From a virus, in the IMG/VR virus record IMGVR_UViG_3300031507_000015, positions 1 through 44,147 of that record: 44,147 nt of DNA; one strand, 5' to 3'. This document shows, piece by piece, positions 9,043 to 18,676 of the stretch; the first letter of the stretch is position 1, and each line of letters begins with the position of its first letter. The notes below the pieces were generated by a model, which worked only from the letters and a program-made list of their open reading frames with translations, did not search any database and had not been told where the DNA came from. The position numbers and the translations under genes are program-made.

Positions 9043-10751
9043 TAATTTGTTCCGTTCGTAGTTACGTCAGGTACGACACCGACGATATAGGTCCACACCG
9101 TTGCGGCCGGAATGCGCACCTTATAGCGGATATAGCGAGCGTCCCTCATCATATCACATCGGCCTGTCCGAGTGCTCATGGCCACTTCATTTCCAAGGAT
9201 CGAGGTCAAAGCCTGCGTATCCCGATAGGTGACGGAACCCCGCACATCCGGCGAATCCGTGATCGGACGGAAACCTCGCAGCGTGACCCTGATATCGTCG
9301 TCGCCCTGCTCAGAGCTTTCAATCATGGCCTCAAGAGGTGCTCCAGAGAAGAACCCGAGCACATGCGACGAATTGAACTGAGCTATTTGCGGTTGAACCG
9401 CCGTTGCGTAGGAATCGAGCGAAAGCGTGAGAGCATCGATCGATGACGATATCGTATCGAGATTTTCCAAGGTTAGACCGGTCTGCGAGATACCGAGCAG
9501 ATATTCTCCAGTCTGTGAAACCGTGAAAAATCGATCAAGCAAGTAGTCATATCCGAGGATCTTGTCATAATTGCCAACGATACCTGATACTGACTTGTAG
9601 GCCCAATAAACCCATGTCGTTCGAGGATCTGACGCCCCCATGAAAAGTTGAAGATTGCCCTTGTCGAGATCAAGCAGGAAGGTACGGTCGACCTTCTCCC
9701 GGCCGATCTGCTCCGGTACTCCACCGGGAGCGATCTTGTAGAAGCCCTGACCTGCATAGAAAAAGATCAGTTCGCCGGCACGGATAATGGAATAGGGAGC
9801 AAAAAGGCCCTTGTCCTGCGTGATGCGGTCAATCTGGAAGATAATCGGAGAACCGGGAACGTAGGACATTCGCCGTATGGCCTGGTCCTGAAAGATAATC
9901 CCGGCCTCACCACCAGCCACTCCGCGAACAATACCACCGTCCGGAAAGTCCTGAAAATCGCTCGACTTGATGCCGCTGGTCCAGCTATCCGATGCGTTGA
10001 AGTTATTCAGGCCAGACCATTGTATGCGATACGGAAGCGAGAGAAGACCTGAGAGCACAAGGAAACGCCCGACGACACTGATATAGGCCGCCTGAGGAGG
10101 TGAACCGAGTGCATTGACGAAGGTTGCCGAAGACGACAGATCGAAGACTTGCAATACCACATTGGCTTGTGTCGCAAAGACCAGATTTCCGGTCTGGGCA
10201 AACTGCCATTGCGCAGAAGATCCAACATCAAGATAATGCGAGGTTACAGAATGCGTACCGCTGCCGCCCGTCGTCGTATTGATGCGCGCGCCACCCACCG
10301 TAGCCGACACGCTGAACACACTTCCAGAAAGACCCGTAGCGCTGACATAGTAGGTCGTTGCTGCCGTTAGCGGGGCCGGAAGCGTTCCCGTGGTGGAGAA
10401 TTGAACAGGCTCATTGGCAACGAAATCATTCGTATAAGTGACAATGCCTGGACTTGCATTCGAGATCGAGGCGACAGCAGCCGGAACGCCAACGCCTTTC
10501 CATGTGAACGTCGTATTGTCCAGCATGTAAAGACCATGCTTGGTCGCCGCGAACACGACCACCGAGCCATCGGATTTAAGGGCATAGAAACCGCCGCGAC
10601 AGATATCGACGAGAGCTGACGTATAGGCCGCAAAGCTTGGGAAAGGTCCATATCCATCGCCGCGCGGAACGACGTTGAGGATATTGTGCAGGCTCGTTCC
10701 TTCATAATCAGAAGTATCTGGCCGCCAATCTGAAAACTGAAGAAGCGGCAT
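9042..10751 (-). CDS. Tail hub / nozzle-like protein
   Basis: 569 aa with repetitive beta-rich sequence. Size and position are comparable to podoviral tail tubular B proteins. The function is inferred. Confidence 0.4.
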   Translation of the reverse strand: MPLLQFSDWRPDTSDYEGTSLHNILNVVPRGDGYGPFPSFAAYTSALVDICRGGFYALKSDGSVVVFAATKHGLYMLDNTTFTWKGVGVPAAVASISNASPGIVTYTNDFVANEPVQFSTTGTLPAPLTAATTYYVSATGLSGSVFSVSATVGGARINTTTGGSGTHSVTSHYLDVGSSAQWQFAQTGNLVFATQANVVLQVFDLSSSATFVNALGSPPQAAYISVVGRFLVLSGLLSLPYRIQWSGLNNFNASDSWTSGIKSSDFQDFPDGGIVRGVAGGEAGIIFQDQAIRRMSYVPGSPIIFQIDRITQDKGLFAPYSIIRAGELIFFYAGQGFYKIAPGGVPEQIGREKVDRTFLLDLDKGNLQLFMGASDPRTTWVYWAYKSVSGIVGNYDKILGYDYLLDRFFTVSQTGEYLLGISQTGLTLENLDTISSSIDALTLSLDSYATAVQPQIAQFNSSHVLGFFSGAPLEAMIESSEQGDDDIRVTLRGFRPITDSPDVRGSVTYRDTQALTSILGNEVAMSTRTGRCDMMRDARYIRYKVRIPAATVWTYIVGVVPDVTTNGTN

Positions 10752-10843
10752 CAGAATAGCCTATCGGTCATTGATCGCCTTGGGGTTGTGGTGTTAGGGA
10801 TGATCCCAGATCGCGGCAGTCCATTTCAGATTTAGCGACATAT

Positions 10844-11782
10844 CTACAGAATACGAAATCCAGGAAATCCTCCTGGCCCTCCCGTAATTCCTGAGAATGT
10901 CGCAGCAAGATTCGAATTAACCACACAGAGATCAGAGACAGATGACGCTGCCTGATCGACCTCAAACATGAATTGTGGACCAACACCCGTGTCTGAATAG
11001 AAACTCTGGCCTATACTAGTGATGCGTTTGCAGTGACCCTGAAATAGCATATGAGCGCGGCCGCCGGAAACTGCATGATTGCCGCCGATAAAACGAACGT
11101 TGTCACAGTCTCGCATATACGTCGTCCAGTAGTAAGGCGCATTCAGATAGTTGCCGTGAAACTCACATGCCAGAAATGTAGTGTCGCCCATGTTGGACCC
11201 GACACCATCCGTGATCGGCTTGAAATGCGATACGATTCCCCAATCCGGGTGAATGCTCATGTTCAGACAAGGTGCCGAAGCATCCCACTGCTGAAACCCG
11301 CAACCCACAAACATATTATCCGGAGCGGCGATAAGACATAGAGCGCCAGAGCCAAAAGCCCCAACGCTGCCGAGATCATAAAACTTATTGGCTGTGCTGT
11401 CGTTCTTGATCATGCTCTCGGCGACGAGAAGGCCGGCCAACGGCTTGACGCCCGTCGATGGCGTACCGCCCGCATTCAATCCGCCGAACGTGATGCCGCG
11501 AACACGACAATCGCTGCTTCCGGTCATATCTAGGATAGCGGAGGGGGTTGTCTGGATAATTCCATGAAGCCATGAATTGTTGGCTTCAATCGTCGTGAAC
11601 TGGCAGCCAGTGAAATCGAGAGAGCTAACCGTATAGTGTCGAGAAGGCGCATAAACAACTCCGCCCCCTCTTCCACCTCCCCATGCCTTCGCGGCATTCA
11701 GCGCTCCTTGCCATGCAGGGGTATCGTCACCCGCACCAATAGTGCCAAAGTCATCAATGCAAAAAGTGCCAGGAAATGTCAT
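10844..11782 (-). CDS. Tailspike, right-handed beta-helix (pectate-lyase-like) depolymerase candidate
   Basis: 312 aa from ATG 11782, 11 nt after the fibre stop. The N-terminus DDFGTIGAGDDTPAWQGALNAA is typical of pectate-lyase-3-type spikes. The track start 11932 lies inside the fibre gene. Confidence 0.6.
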   Translation of the reverse strand: MTFPGTFCIDDFGTIGAGDDTPAWQGALNAAKAWGGGRGGGVVYAPSRHYTVSSLDFTGCQFTTIEANNSWLHGIIQTTPSAILDMTGSSDCRVRGITFGGLNAGGTPSTGVKPLAGLLVAESMIKNDSTANKFYDLGSVGAFGSGALCLIAAPDNMFVGCGFQQWDASAPCLNMSIHPDWGIVSHFKPITDGVGSNMGDTTFLACEFHGNYLNAPYYWTTYMRDCDNVRFIGGNHAVSGGRAHMLFQGHCKRITSIGQSFYSDTGVGPQFMFEVDQAASSVSDLCVVNSNLAATFSGITGGPGGFPGFRIL

Positions 11783-11792
11783 CAAAGGACCT

Positions 11793-13382
11793 TTAAGTTG
11801 GAGTGAAGACGATACTAGAATAATTACCTGTGCTGGTCGCTGCAGTTGCAGACGCGACCGCTTTGATGGATAGAAAATCTCCTTGAACCACACTAACGGT
11901 ATGCGTGTTATCCGATGCAGTTTGACTGGCACCAGTAACAGTACAGGTCAAAGCAGTGGCACCAGTTCCTTTGTCCAGCGTGATAGTAAATGTTTGAGCA
12001 CCGCCGGGGGCGTTGTTGCATTGGAATGTCAAATTAGACAGCGTACCAGCTCTAGGTATTATTACATAATTAGCATCAGAGGCGCTGGAAAATCCTGGTC
12101 CGTAGAATACGGTTGCACCGCCTGCGAGCGCGGTATTAGCACCGAAGCTGATGATGGACATTGCCCCGCTTGTTCCACCCGTGCCACCATTGGCGATAGG
12201 CAGAGCGCCGGAGACTTCTGAGGCAAGCGCGATCGTCGCGGCATGATCCTTGATGAGTTTGCCTGTCGTTCCATTATAGACGGCAAATCCATTGGCCGTG
12301 GCGGCTGCTGGTCCTACAACATCACCACTACCCGATGGCGTAACCCATGTTCCGTCACCTCGCCAGAATGTCGTAGATGAAGCGCTGGTTCCACTATTGA
12401 GATTGTTGACCGATAGATTTCCGGTGACGCCCGTCGACAGCGGAAGACCAGTGCAGCTCGTCAACGTGCCAGATGATGGTGTGCCGAGCACACCGCCATT
12501 GAGAACCGGTGATCCGGCCGTACCGACATTGACCGCCAGCCCAGCCAGCACGCCCGTGCCGGCTCCAGTGAGACCGGTCGAGATCGGAAGCCCAGTGCAG
12601 CTTGTCAGCGTTCCTGACGAAGGCGTTCCCAGCGCCGGCGTGACAAGAGTCGCCGAGGTGACCCGAACGAAGTTGCCGCTGCCGCTGGTACTGGTGAATG
12701 TCGCAACACCAGCGGAGAACAGAGGCACGCCGGATTGCGCGCTGACATCGGCACCAAATCCTCCACGCGCCGCGGCGAGCGTCCCGGTCCAACCCAGAGT
12801 GAGCGATGTTGCCTTCAGCAACGCGGTTGTCGGTGTACCACCAAGCGTCAGCGTGACGTTAGTGTCGTCTGTCTTGGTGAGCGCCGTCCCGCTGGCAATG
12901 TCGGAGGCAGGGATCGTCCCGACCGTAACAGCCGCGCCTGTCGTGACCTGCTTGAGATATTGACCCGCGCCACCGGTTGCGCTCAGATCGGCGTTTGTGC
13001 CACCATAGGTCAGATTGACCTTGGTACCCTGCCAGGTGCCAGCGGCAATCGTTCCGACTGTGGTGATGCTCGCCTGCCCGACATAGGCAGCATCGATATC
13101 AAGTGTCGGATCGCCTGCCGTACCTGCGCCATTCGTGACGGAAATGCGACTGGCTGTGCCCGTAATGGTCCGTTTAGTGAAGGTGTCCGCAGCAGTTTCG
13201 ACGACGAGACCTGCCGTTGAATCGAGCGCAGCAAGAGCATCGAGCGTAAGATCATGCGCCTGAACATCAGAACCGATCGTCAGTCCAGTGACGACATGCG
13301 TGTCATTCCAATCCGAAAGATCGACCTCAACCGCAGAATTGACCGTTCCGCTCGTTACCTTGCGGTGCGTAATGCTAGACAT
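11793..13382 (-). CDS. Tail fibre
   Basis: 529 aa. Fibre-type motifs [20 protein letters not shown] and [11 protein letters not shown]. Gly/Thr-rich, with an internal 23-aa repeat. Confidence 0.7.
   Translation of the reverse strand: MSSITHRKVTSGTVNSAVEVDLSDWNDTHVVTGLTIGSDVQAHDLTLDALAALDSTAGLVVETAADTFTKRTITGTASRISVTNGAGTAGDPTLDIDAAYVGQASITTVGTIAAGTWQGTKVNLTYGGTNADLSATGGAGQYLKQVTTGAAVTVGTIPASDIASGTALTKTDDTNVTLTLGGTPTTALLKATSLTLGWTGTLAAARGGFGADVSAQSGVPLFSAGVATFTSTSGSGNFVRVTSATLVTPALGTPSSGTLTSCTGLPISTGLTGAGTGVLAGLAVNVGTAGSPVLNGGVLGTPSSGTLTSCTGLPLSTGVTGNLSVNNLNSGTSASSTTFWRGDGTWVTPSGSGDVVGPAAATANGFAVYNGTTGKLIKDHAATIALASEVSGALPIANGGTGGTSGAMSIISFGANTALAGGATVFYGPGFSSASDANYVIIPRAGTLSNLTFQCNNAPGGAQTFTITLDKGTGATALTCTVTGASQTASDNTHTVSVVQGDFLSIKAVASATAATSTGNYSSIVFTPT
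12420..12632 (-). repeat. Two copies of a 23-aa motif [16 protein letters not shown][IL]STG[LV]TG inside the fibre gene
   Basis: aa 251-273 (12564..12632) and aa 299-321 (12420..12488). The nucleotide copies differ at many synonymous sites. Confidence 0.85.
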
Positions 13383-13558
13383 CAGATTTCAGGCGTCCAT
13401 GTTTCAGCTTGAATGACATTTTGAGTCCATCTGCCGCCAGCTTCTCCGGTATCGAAGCGCGGTGAATTATCGAAGCCGGCCGGATCGAATCCCCTCGTTA
13501 AGCCGCTTTCGGATATCCATGTTTCAGCCTGGATCGTTGCCGGGGTCCACGTCGTCAT
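13382..13558 (-). CDS. Small Trp-rich protein, 58 aa (not in the ORF track)
   Basis: My hand translation gives [62 protein letters not shown] overlap with the upstream stop and TGATG overlap with the fibre start. Confidence 0.5.
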   Translation of the reverse strand: MTTWTPATIQAETWISESGLTRGFDPAGFDNSPRFDTGEAGGRWTQNVIQAETWTPEI

Positions 13559-14205
13559 GGCGTTAGCCCGGAACTGCGGACCTGTAGTGGTCCAGCATTG
13601 AACGTGGATGTCATCCCCAGCACATTCAGACTATCCCGAGCTGATTGGAAGCCGAGCCCCCATGTCTGAATCCGCGCGTCCTCCTTGATGTACGGAGCGG
13701 ATTCGAGCAGCGCTCCATAGAGGTAGAGGTCAGGCGCCATGGTAAGCAGCCAATTCGTTGAATTCGTCGTCGATAGTGCAGGGATATTCTGCCGATAGAC
13801 CATCTCGATTGTATAGTTTTGGTCAGGTGTCGGCAGCAGCTCCATCTCAACGCCGAACACCGAGAAATACCGGGGTTGTCCAGCGATATTCCCGCTCGAC
13901 AGGCGAAGCTCATCCATCTGGAGAGCTGAACGGAATTCGAGCGCAGGTTTGCCCGTGACGCTCGATAGCCTGACGCGCCTCATCGACTGAAAGTCTAAGG
14001 GAAGAGATATGAACTCAGGCTCGGCCGAGAGAATATTGACTGGGGTAGTCGAGCGCAGTTCCATCTGCCTGACGAACAACTCCCGATTCATCTTGGATTC
14101 GAACAACTGAATGAAGGTCGGGATTCTCGCAATCAAGGTCGTATCCTGATCGCGTGCCAGCCACTCAATCACGGCCGCTTGCAGGCTGGTGTAATCAGTG
14201 ATCAT
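13555..14205 (-). CDS. Head-tail adaptor / tail tubular A-like protein
   Basis: 216 aa. The N-terminus MITDYTSLQAAVIEWLARDQ...IPTFIQLFE resembles phage adaptor proteins as I recall them. ATGA overlap at 14202-14205. Confidence 0.35.
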   Translation of the reverse strand: MITDYTSLQAAVIEWLARDQDTTLIARIPTFIQLFESKMNRELFVRQMELRSTTPVNILSAEPEFISLPLDFQSMRRVRLSSVTGKPALEFRSALQMDELRLSSGNIAGQPRYFSVFGVEMELLPTPDQNYTIEMVYRQNIPALSTTNSTNWLLTMAPDLYLYGALLESAPYIKEDARIQTWGLGFQSARDSLNVLGMTSTFNAGPLQVRSSGLTP

Positions 14206-14513
14206 CGCCAGCCGGCCTGTAGTTTCGGCCTGTCAACCCGGAGATAGGCATATTCCGGGTCCTCGAGCTTGCGCTGAACGATTGCATCGAATTCCGGCGT
14301 GAACATCCGCAGCGTGGTATTGCCACGGTTGAGTTCCTCATCGAGCCATTTCACCATGATTACGTTGGGAATACGTGCGACATGGCGTCCCCAATCGCTA
14401 TGCTGTTCTTCGCGCCGCGCCTCGCGATTCCAATCGAGGATTGGCTCGACGTCCTGAAGATGCTCGATAGTGATGTCTTGGCCGTTGCTATCGAGGTGGA
14501 TCTTGGCGAGCAT
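14202..14513 (-). CDS. Hypothetical head/neck-module protein
   Basis: 103 aa. Starts directly after the upstream stop. Operon context. Confidence 0.55.
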   Translation of the reverse strand: MLAKIHLDSNGQDITIEHLQDVEPILDWNREARREEQHSDWGRHVARIPNVIMVKWLDEELNRGNTTLRMFTPEFDAIVQRKLEDPEYAYLRVDRPKLQAGWR

Positions 14514-14825
14514 TTAGGAGAGCTCCGTGACCCACAACGTCCCGGCTGTCGCCGTTACAAGACCATTTGTTGCAGCCTTGAGGGCGGAAATCCGTTGTCC
14601 CGGACTTACAGTGACATACTCGACAAAATTGGCGGGAAGAAACGGGTCTGCTGTCGTCGCGGTCTGCGCACCGTCCCCAATGCGATAGTTGCAGGCAGAA
14701 TCCGCACAAAGGCGGATTTGATATGTCTCAGATCCGAACGCATTAGTGATCGCTGTCGTGGTGTCATATGCAATACTCTGCGTGACACCGTTGCGCGATG
14801 CGTGTTGCTTCTCATATCCAGCCAT
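14514..14825 (-). CDS. Hypothetical head/neck-module protein
   Basis: 103 aa. ATG 14825 lies 5 nt after the upstream stop. Confidence 0.55.
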   Translation of the reverse strand: MAGYEKQHASRNGVTQSIAYDTTTAITNAFGSETYQIRLCADSACNYRIGDGAQTATTADPFLPANFVEYVTVSPGQRISALKAATNGLVTATAGTLWVTELS

Positions 14826-14830
14826 GAGCG

Positions 14831-15199
14831 TTACGCCGTCTGAATGACGAAGAAGCCATTCGTAACGCAGGCGGTCGAGCCGGCGCCGTCCGACAGGATC
14901 TCGAGCGTGTCATCTTCGTTGCAGAAATTCAACGCAGTGGGGACGAGGGATTTGACATCTCCAGCAGCGGAGCCAGAAGCCGCGACGGTCAAAGCCCCAC
15001 CGGTGATAGCAGTGCCGTTGATCTTTGCGGTGAACACGCGATCAGAGTCCACGACAGCGCCCAGGACAACGCCAAGCTTGACGATCTTTCCCCGAAACGG
15101 CGCGCGCGCGTACATGGAAACCGCCGCACTGGAATCGGCCACGGTACTGGTATTGACGGCATGTTCCCTGAGCGTCGGGTGGACGGTTGGAAGAGTCAT
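14831..15199 (-). CDS. Hypothetical head/neck-module protein
   Basis: 122 aa. GAGGAA upstream of ATG 15199. First gene after the terminator. Confidence 0.55.
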   Translation of the reverse strand: MTLPTVHPTLREHAVNTSTVADSSAAVSMYARAPFRGKIVKLGVVLGAVVDSDRVFTAKINGTAITGGALTVAASGSAAGDVKSLVPTALNFCNEDDTLEILSDGAGSTACVTNGFFVIQTA

Positions 15200-15210
15200 G
15201 TTCGTTCCTC

Positions 15211-15233
15211 ATAAAAAGGGGGCGAAATGCCCC
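15211..15233 (-). terminator. Intrinsic terminator candidate after the capsid/glycosyltransferase sub-operon
   Basis: Minus strand reads TAA-CT-GGGGC-ATTTC-GCCCC-C-TTTTTAT. A 5-bp all-GC stem is followed by a T-run, and then by the next gene's GAGGAA and ATG. Confidence 0.45.
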
Positions 15234-15235
15234 AG

Positions 15236-15913
15236 TTAAATCCGCACCAGTTGATCCGCGAACCTGCCGCGGTATTCCTTTGTCCCGATATGTCCGAGAT
15301 CAACCGATTGATCGAGATACGGCTGATATCCCAGCGCTTTCACATCCGAGAAGAACGCCATATCCTCGCCCCTCGCCTCACCGTCCGGTTCATCGAAGCG
15401 GAAGATCTTCGCGACCTTTTCACCGGGAAGACTGACGCTGAAGGTCAAGAGAGGAGCCTTCTTGGCCAGTTCCTCCATTAGCTTCCGGGTCACAATGGTA
15501 AAGCCGAGCCCGACACCTTCAATCGGCATGCATCCCCATTGGTTGGGGACGACCTTTGATGTGTTCTTCAGCCCAACATAGAATTTGGCCGGCTCGGTCT
15601 TGGCTGTATAGGTCGCGCTGACACAATCCATTTTGGTCGAGAGCGCCAGCAGCCTGAAGAAGCTATCCGTCGTCCAGACCATATCGGAATCGATCATGAA
15701 CATCCGGTTATGCTCGCTCTTGAGAAACCGGTGTGCAGCGAGCGACCGTGCGTGAAACACGGTGCTTCCTACATTCATCTCGATATCGATCGCGATCCCA
15801 TGCCTCGCACAGGCGGATTGAGTTTCCAGCAGGCATTTGACGGTGCCTGCTGGAATATTGTCGAAGACGGGCATTGCGAGAAGGATCGAAATGCCCGTCA
15901 GGTTGACCTGCAT
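15236..15913 (-). CDS. Glycosyltransferase (GT-A-like, soluble)
   Basis: 225 aa. ISILLAMPVF start, DxD-like MIDSDM, later GEDMAFFSD and LGHIG. TGATG overlap with the upstream gene. Confidence 0.7.
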   Translation of the reverse strand: MQVNLTGISILLAMPVFDNIPAGTVKCLLETQSACARHGIAIDIEMNVGSTVFHARSLAAHRFLKSEHNRMFMIDSDMVWTTDSFFRLLALSTKMDCVSATYTAKTEPAKFYVGLKNTSKVVPNQWGCMPIEGVGLGFTIVTRKLMEELAKKAPLLTFSVSLPGEKVAKIFRFDEPDGEARGEDMAFFSDVKALGYQPYLDQSVDLGHIGTKEYRGRFADQLVRI

Positions 15914-16470
15914 CAGACGGTGGCCGACAGGGGCGTCGTGGTCATTGCGGCCGTATCCATACCGAGGATCTGGAAGAAGCCAGCCGCGATATCCGTGATG
16001 GTATAGACCGCAGCCGCACCGCCTCCCGTGGTCGTTCCGTTCAGCGTGATGGTGTCACTGGTCGCCGTATTCTTGAACCCGATCAGAACGCCCGCCGTGG
16101 TGTTCAGGGAAACAATCAGGCCCTGCATGACATCGACCGTGTTCGCAACCTTGATAGTCGATTGCGTTGCGGTCGCTGCCACGTTGATGACAAACTCATA
16201 GGCCGCACCGGTTCCGGTGGCGGCGGGAAGCGTGACGGCGATCGGGGCGGTGTTGTTGAGGATGATCCTGCGGTTACCGTGAGCCGCCTGCGTCACGGTC
16301 AGAACGGTTGAAGCCGCACTGACTGCAACAACAGCCTTTGAGCCGCCCATCAGATCTCCGACCGTTGCCGTTGCCGCCCGACCGGTAGCGCTATCCTTGA
16401 TCGGGAATTGATCGGCAGTCGCGAGTGGTGCAGCCTTCAGGGGACTGTCAAATGTGTCTGTGGTACCCAT
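15913..16470 (-). CDS. Head decoration / cement protein candidate
   Basis: 185 aa, Thr/Ala/Val-rich and beta-rich. AAGGAG upstream. Starts 12 nt after the major capsid gene. Confidence 0.4.
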   Translation of the reverse strand: MGTTDTFDSPLKAAPLATADQFPIKDSATGRAATATVGDLMGGSKAVVAVSAASTVLTVTQAAHGNRRIILNNTAPIAVTLPAATGTGAAYEFVINVAATATQSTIKVANTVDVMQGLIVSLNTTAGVLIGFKNTATSDTITLNGTTTGGGAAAVYTITDIAAGFFQILGMDTAAMTTTPLSATV

Positions 16471-16482
16471 GATCCAGTCTCC

Positions 16483-17445
16483 TTACGAGGTAGTGTTGTC
16501 GAAAACGCCGCCCGACGATTTCTCGTTGCGGGCGACGAGGGCGTATTCGGCCAGAATCTGACGTCGATCCGAATCGCCGGTCTTGGCGAGCGGAATGGAG
16601 ATCATGTTGCGGCCGTTGAGATAGGCGAGCGCCCATTTCTCGATTTCGAGGATCAGGACATCGCGAGCCCGCTGAAAGCGATCGGCGACGACCTTGAGCT
16701 TGCCGAAATCGCTTTCGTAAGCGTCGACAGATGCGACGATCTTCTTGCTTGACGCCTGTTCGATCGCGGAAGACCGGCCGGTGAAGGTCGAAAACACTTG
16801 CTTGTTGAAGGCGCCGGTCATGATCGTTCCCGGCTTGCCGCCATTGGTCCAGATCGAGGATAGGACGGTTTTCATGCGGTTTTCGGTGAAGGCAAGCTGG
16901 GTGCCATCAGTCCTGGAACCCGTACCATCAGCCGCAGCCGGATCGGCAGCGCCGCCCGCAGTTCCCTTTGAGGTGTTCGACTTGATCCACGACAGGACGG
17001 AAGCTGTCTTGCGGGGAGTTGCGTCGGCGCCAGCCACCTTGGCCTGGTTGGTTCCCGCCAGGATGGTTTCGAGATCGCGCTTCAGCTCAAGACCCTTGAG
17101 CATCTCCTGATAGGCCAGCTCATTGTCGCGGCCGGCATGCTGAACGGCCTGCTGGGTACCCGAGACACGGGCAACCTTGTAGCTGATCTGGCATTGGTTG
17201 CCGAGACGCACGGTAGGCGTCGTGGAGTTGGTCGTGGGGTCATCACCCTCGAGCTGGGCGTTGGTGCCATCGGCCGCCGCAAGAGCCTGGGTCTGCCATT
17301 CGTGATTGACGGCGGTCGCCTTTTCACGGGCGATCGACGACATGAACGGGGTATCGGTCGGATCGATGCGATAAATCATATCCGACAGGTCCTCACGATT
17401 GCCGATCGCTTCCGGCGTCGCGAAGGTGTTGGTTGGGAGTGCCAT
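16483..17445 (-). CDS. Major capsid protein (HK97-fold family used by BPP-1/SU10-type podoviruses)
   Basis: 320 aa. N-terminal IGNREDLSDMIYRIDPTDTPFMSSI...HEWQTQAL signature. Follows the scaffold gene. Confidence 0.8.
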   Translation of the reverse strand: MALPTNTFATPEAIGNREDLSDMIYRIDPTDTPFMSSIAREKATAVNHEWQTQALAAADGTNAQLEGDDPTTNSTTPTVRLGNQCQISYKVARVSGTQQAVQHAGRDNELAYQEMLKGLELKRDLETILAGTNQAKVAGADATPRKTASVLSWIKSNTSKGTAGGAADPAAADGTGSRTDGTQLAFTENRMKTVLSSIWTNGGKPGTIMTGAFNKQVFSTFTGRSSAIEQASSKKIVASVDAYESDFGKLKVVADRFQRARDVLILEIEKWALAYLNGRNMISIPLAKTGDSDRRQILAEYALVARNEKSSGGVFDNTTS

Positions 17446-17464
17446 AGTTCCTTATGTCCTTTTG

Positions 17465-18661
17465 TCAGGCCCGGCGCTGTGACCGCTTCGCACTTAGTAG
17501 GGCGAATGCATCGTCAAGTGAGCCGGAATTTGTGAGTTTTGAATCGAGGGCTTGGATACGCTCGGAAACGCCGGCACCAGGGCCGCGCGCCACACCGGGT
17601 CGCTGTACGGGAGGGAGGGGTTTGGCAAGCTTACCTGGAATCGCTGCCTTGGCCTGCTGGATGTCCTGTGCCTGGATCGCCTTGAAAATGAGATCCTGCA
17701 TGCGATGGTCATAGGGCGAGATTTTCTCGCCTCTCTGGAAACCATTCAGATCATCCTCGGTGAACCCGATTGTTCGCAGGAGATCGCCGGCCTTGGTGGT
17801 CAGCGCCTGTGATTTTTCGGGGTCAGCAAGTTCGGGAATGCGTTCTGCAGCTTTGGCGTTGTTCGTCGAGATGAACTCGGCCCAGTCAGCCTGTTCCTTT
17901 TGGGTCTTGCGTTGATTGGTCTGGTCAAGTTCCGCTTTCGTGGCCGCCATCTTGGCCTGATGCAGTTGCCAGCCCGTCAGATATGCATTGATCTGCTGGG
18001 CCTGAACTGGATCAGTCGCCGCAAGCTGATTCATGACCCTGATCAAGGTATCGATATCGGCCTGTGACTTGATGTCGGCATAATCGCGGTTGTTGACGTC
18101 GACCAATCCCTGCATGACTTCGGGGAGTTTGGCCTCGTACTTCTGCCTTGCCTCTTCCGCCTGCTGCTCCTTGACCGTGAGGCCCTTGAGCTTTTCAGCG
18201 GTTTCGTTTGAACGGCGGAGGAAATCAGCTTCGTGCCTAGCCACTTGCGCAGAAATCAATGCTTGCGCGTCGCGGGGATAGGATTTGAATGCTTCCTTCT
18301 CTTCCTTCGTCCAAGACCTCGGGGGCTCGATGGACGGAAGATTGTCTTCCGGATCAGCCTCCTGCGTCTCGCCGGGGACCGTTTCCGGGCCAGCGTCGTC
18401 CTCAACGGACAATTCTGTATCTGCGGTCGCGGCTTGCGCGCTCTCGGCAGGTTGTTTCTGGCGCTTCTCGGGAAGCGCATTCATGTAGCGGGCGGCCGCC
18501 TCGGGGCTGTCGAAGCTATCTGGAGTATCAGCGGGCAGCGGAAGCGGCTCAGGAGCCGCTGTGACCGTATTCTCGTCCATATGCAGGCGCGGCCCGTAAG
18601 GGCGCTGCATCAAGGCAATATGGCTCATATTCCCCGCGAACTGCGTGGTTTTGTCGGTCAT
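17465..18661 (-). CDS. Scaffolding protein
   Basis: 398 aa, acidic, Ala/Gln/Glu-rich with predicted coiled coil. Lies between portal and capsid. Confidence 0.6.
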   Translation of the reverse strand: MTDKTTQFAGNMSHIALMQRPYGPRLHMDENTVTAAPEPLPLPADTPDSFDSPEAAARYMNALPEKRQKQPAESAQAATADTELSVEDDAGPETVPGETQEADPEDNLPSIEPPRSWTKEEKEAFKSYPRDAQALISAQVARHEADFLRRSNETAEKLKGLTVKEQQAEEARQKYEAKLPEVMQGLVDVNNRDYADIKSQADIDTLIRVMNQLAATDPVQAQQINAYLTGWQLHQAKMAATKAELDQTNQRKTQKEQADWAEFISTNNAKAAERIPELADPEKSQALTTKAGDLLRTIGFTEDDLNGFQRGEKISPYDHRMQDLIFKAIQAQDIQQAKAAIPGKLAKPLPPVQRPGVARGPGAGVSERIQALDSKLTNSGSLDDAFALLSAKRSQRRA

Positions 18662-18676
18662 GAATTGATCCTGAGT

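Noticed and set aside
12420-12632. Diversity-generating retroelement (template/variable repeat) suspected from the repeated fibre motif
   Set aside because: There is no reverse transcriptase anywhere in the genome. The two copies differ at many synonymous positions rather than showing adenine-specific differences, and both lie inside one gene.
12292-12963. 223-aa plus-strand ORF
   Set aside because: It is antisense to the tail-fibre gene, which has recognisable fibre motifs. The translation is Pro/Val/Thr-rich mirror-image composition.
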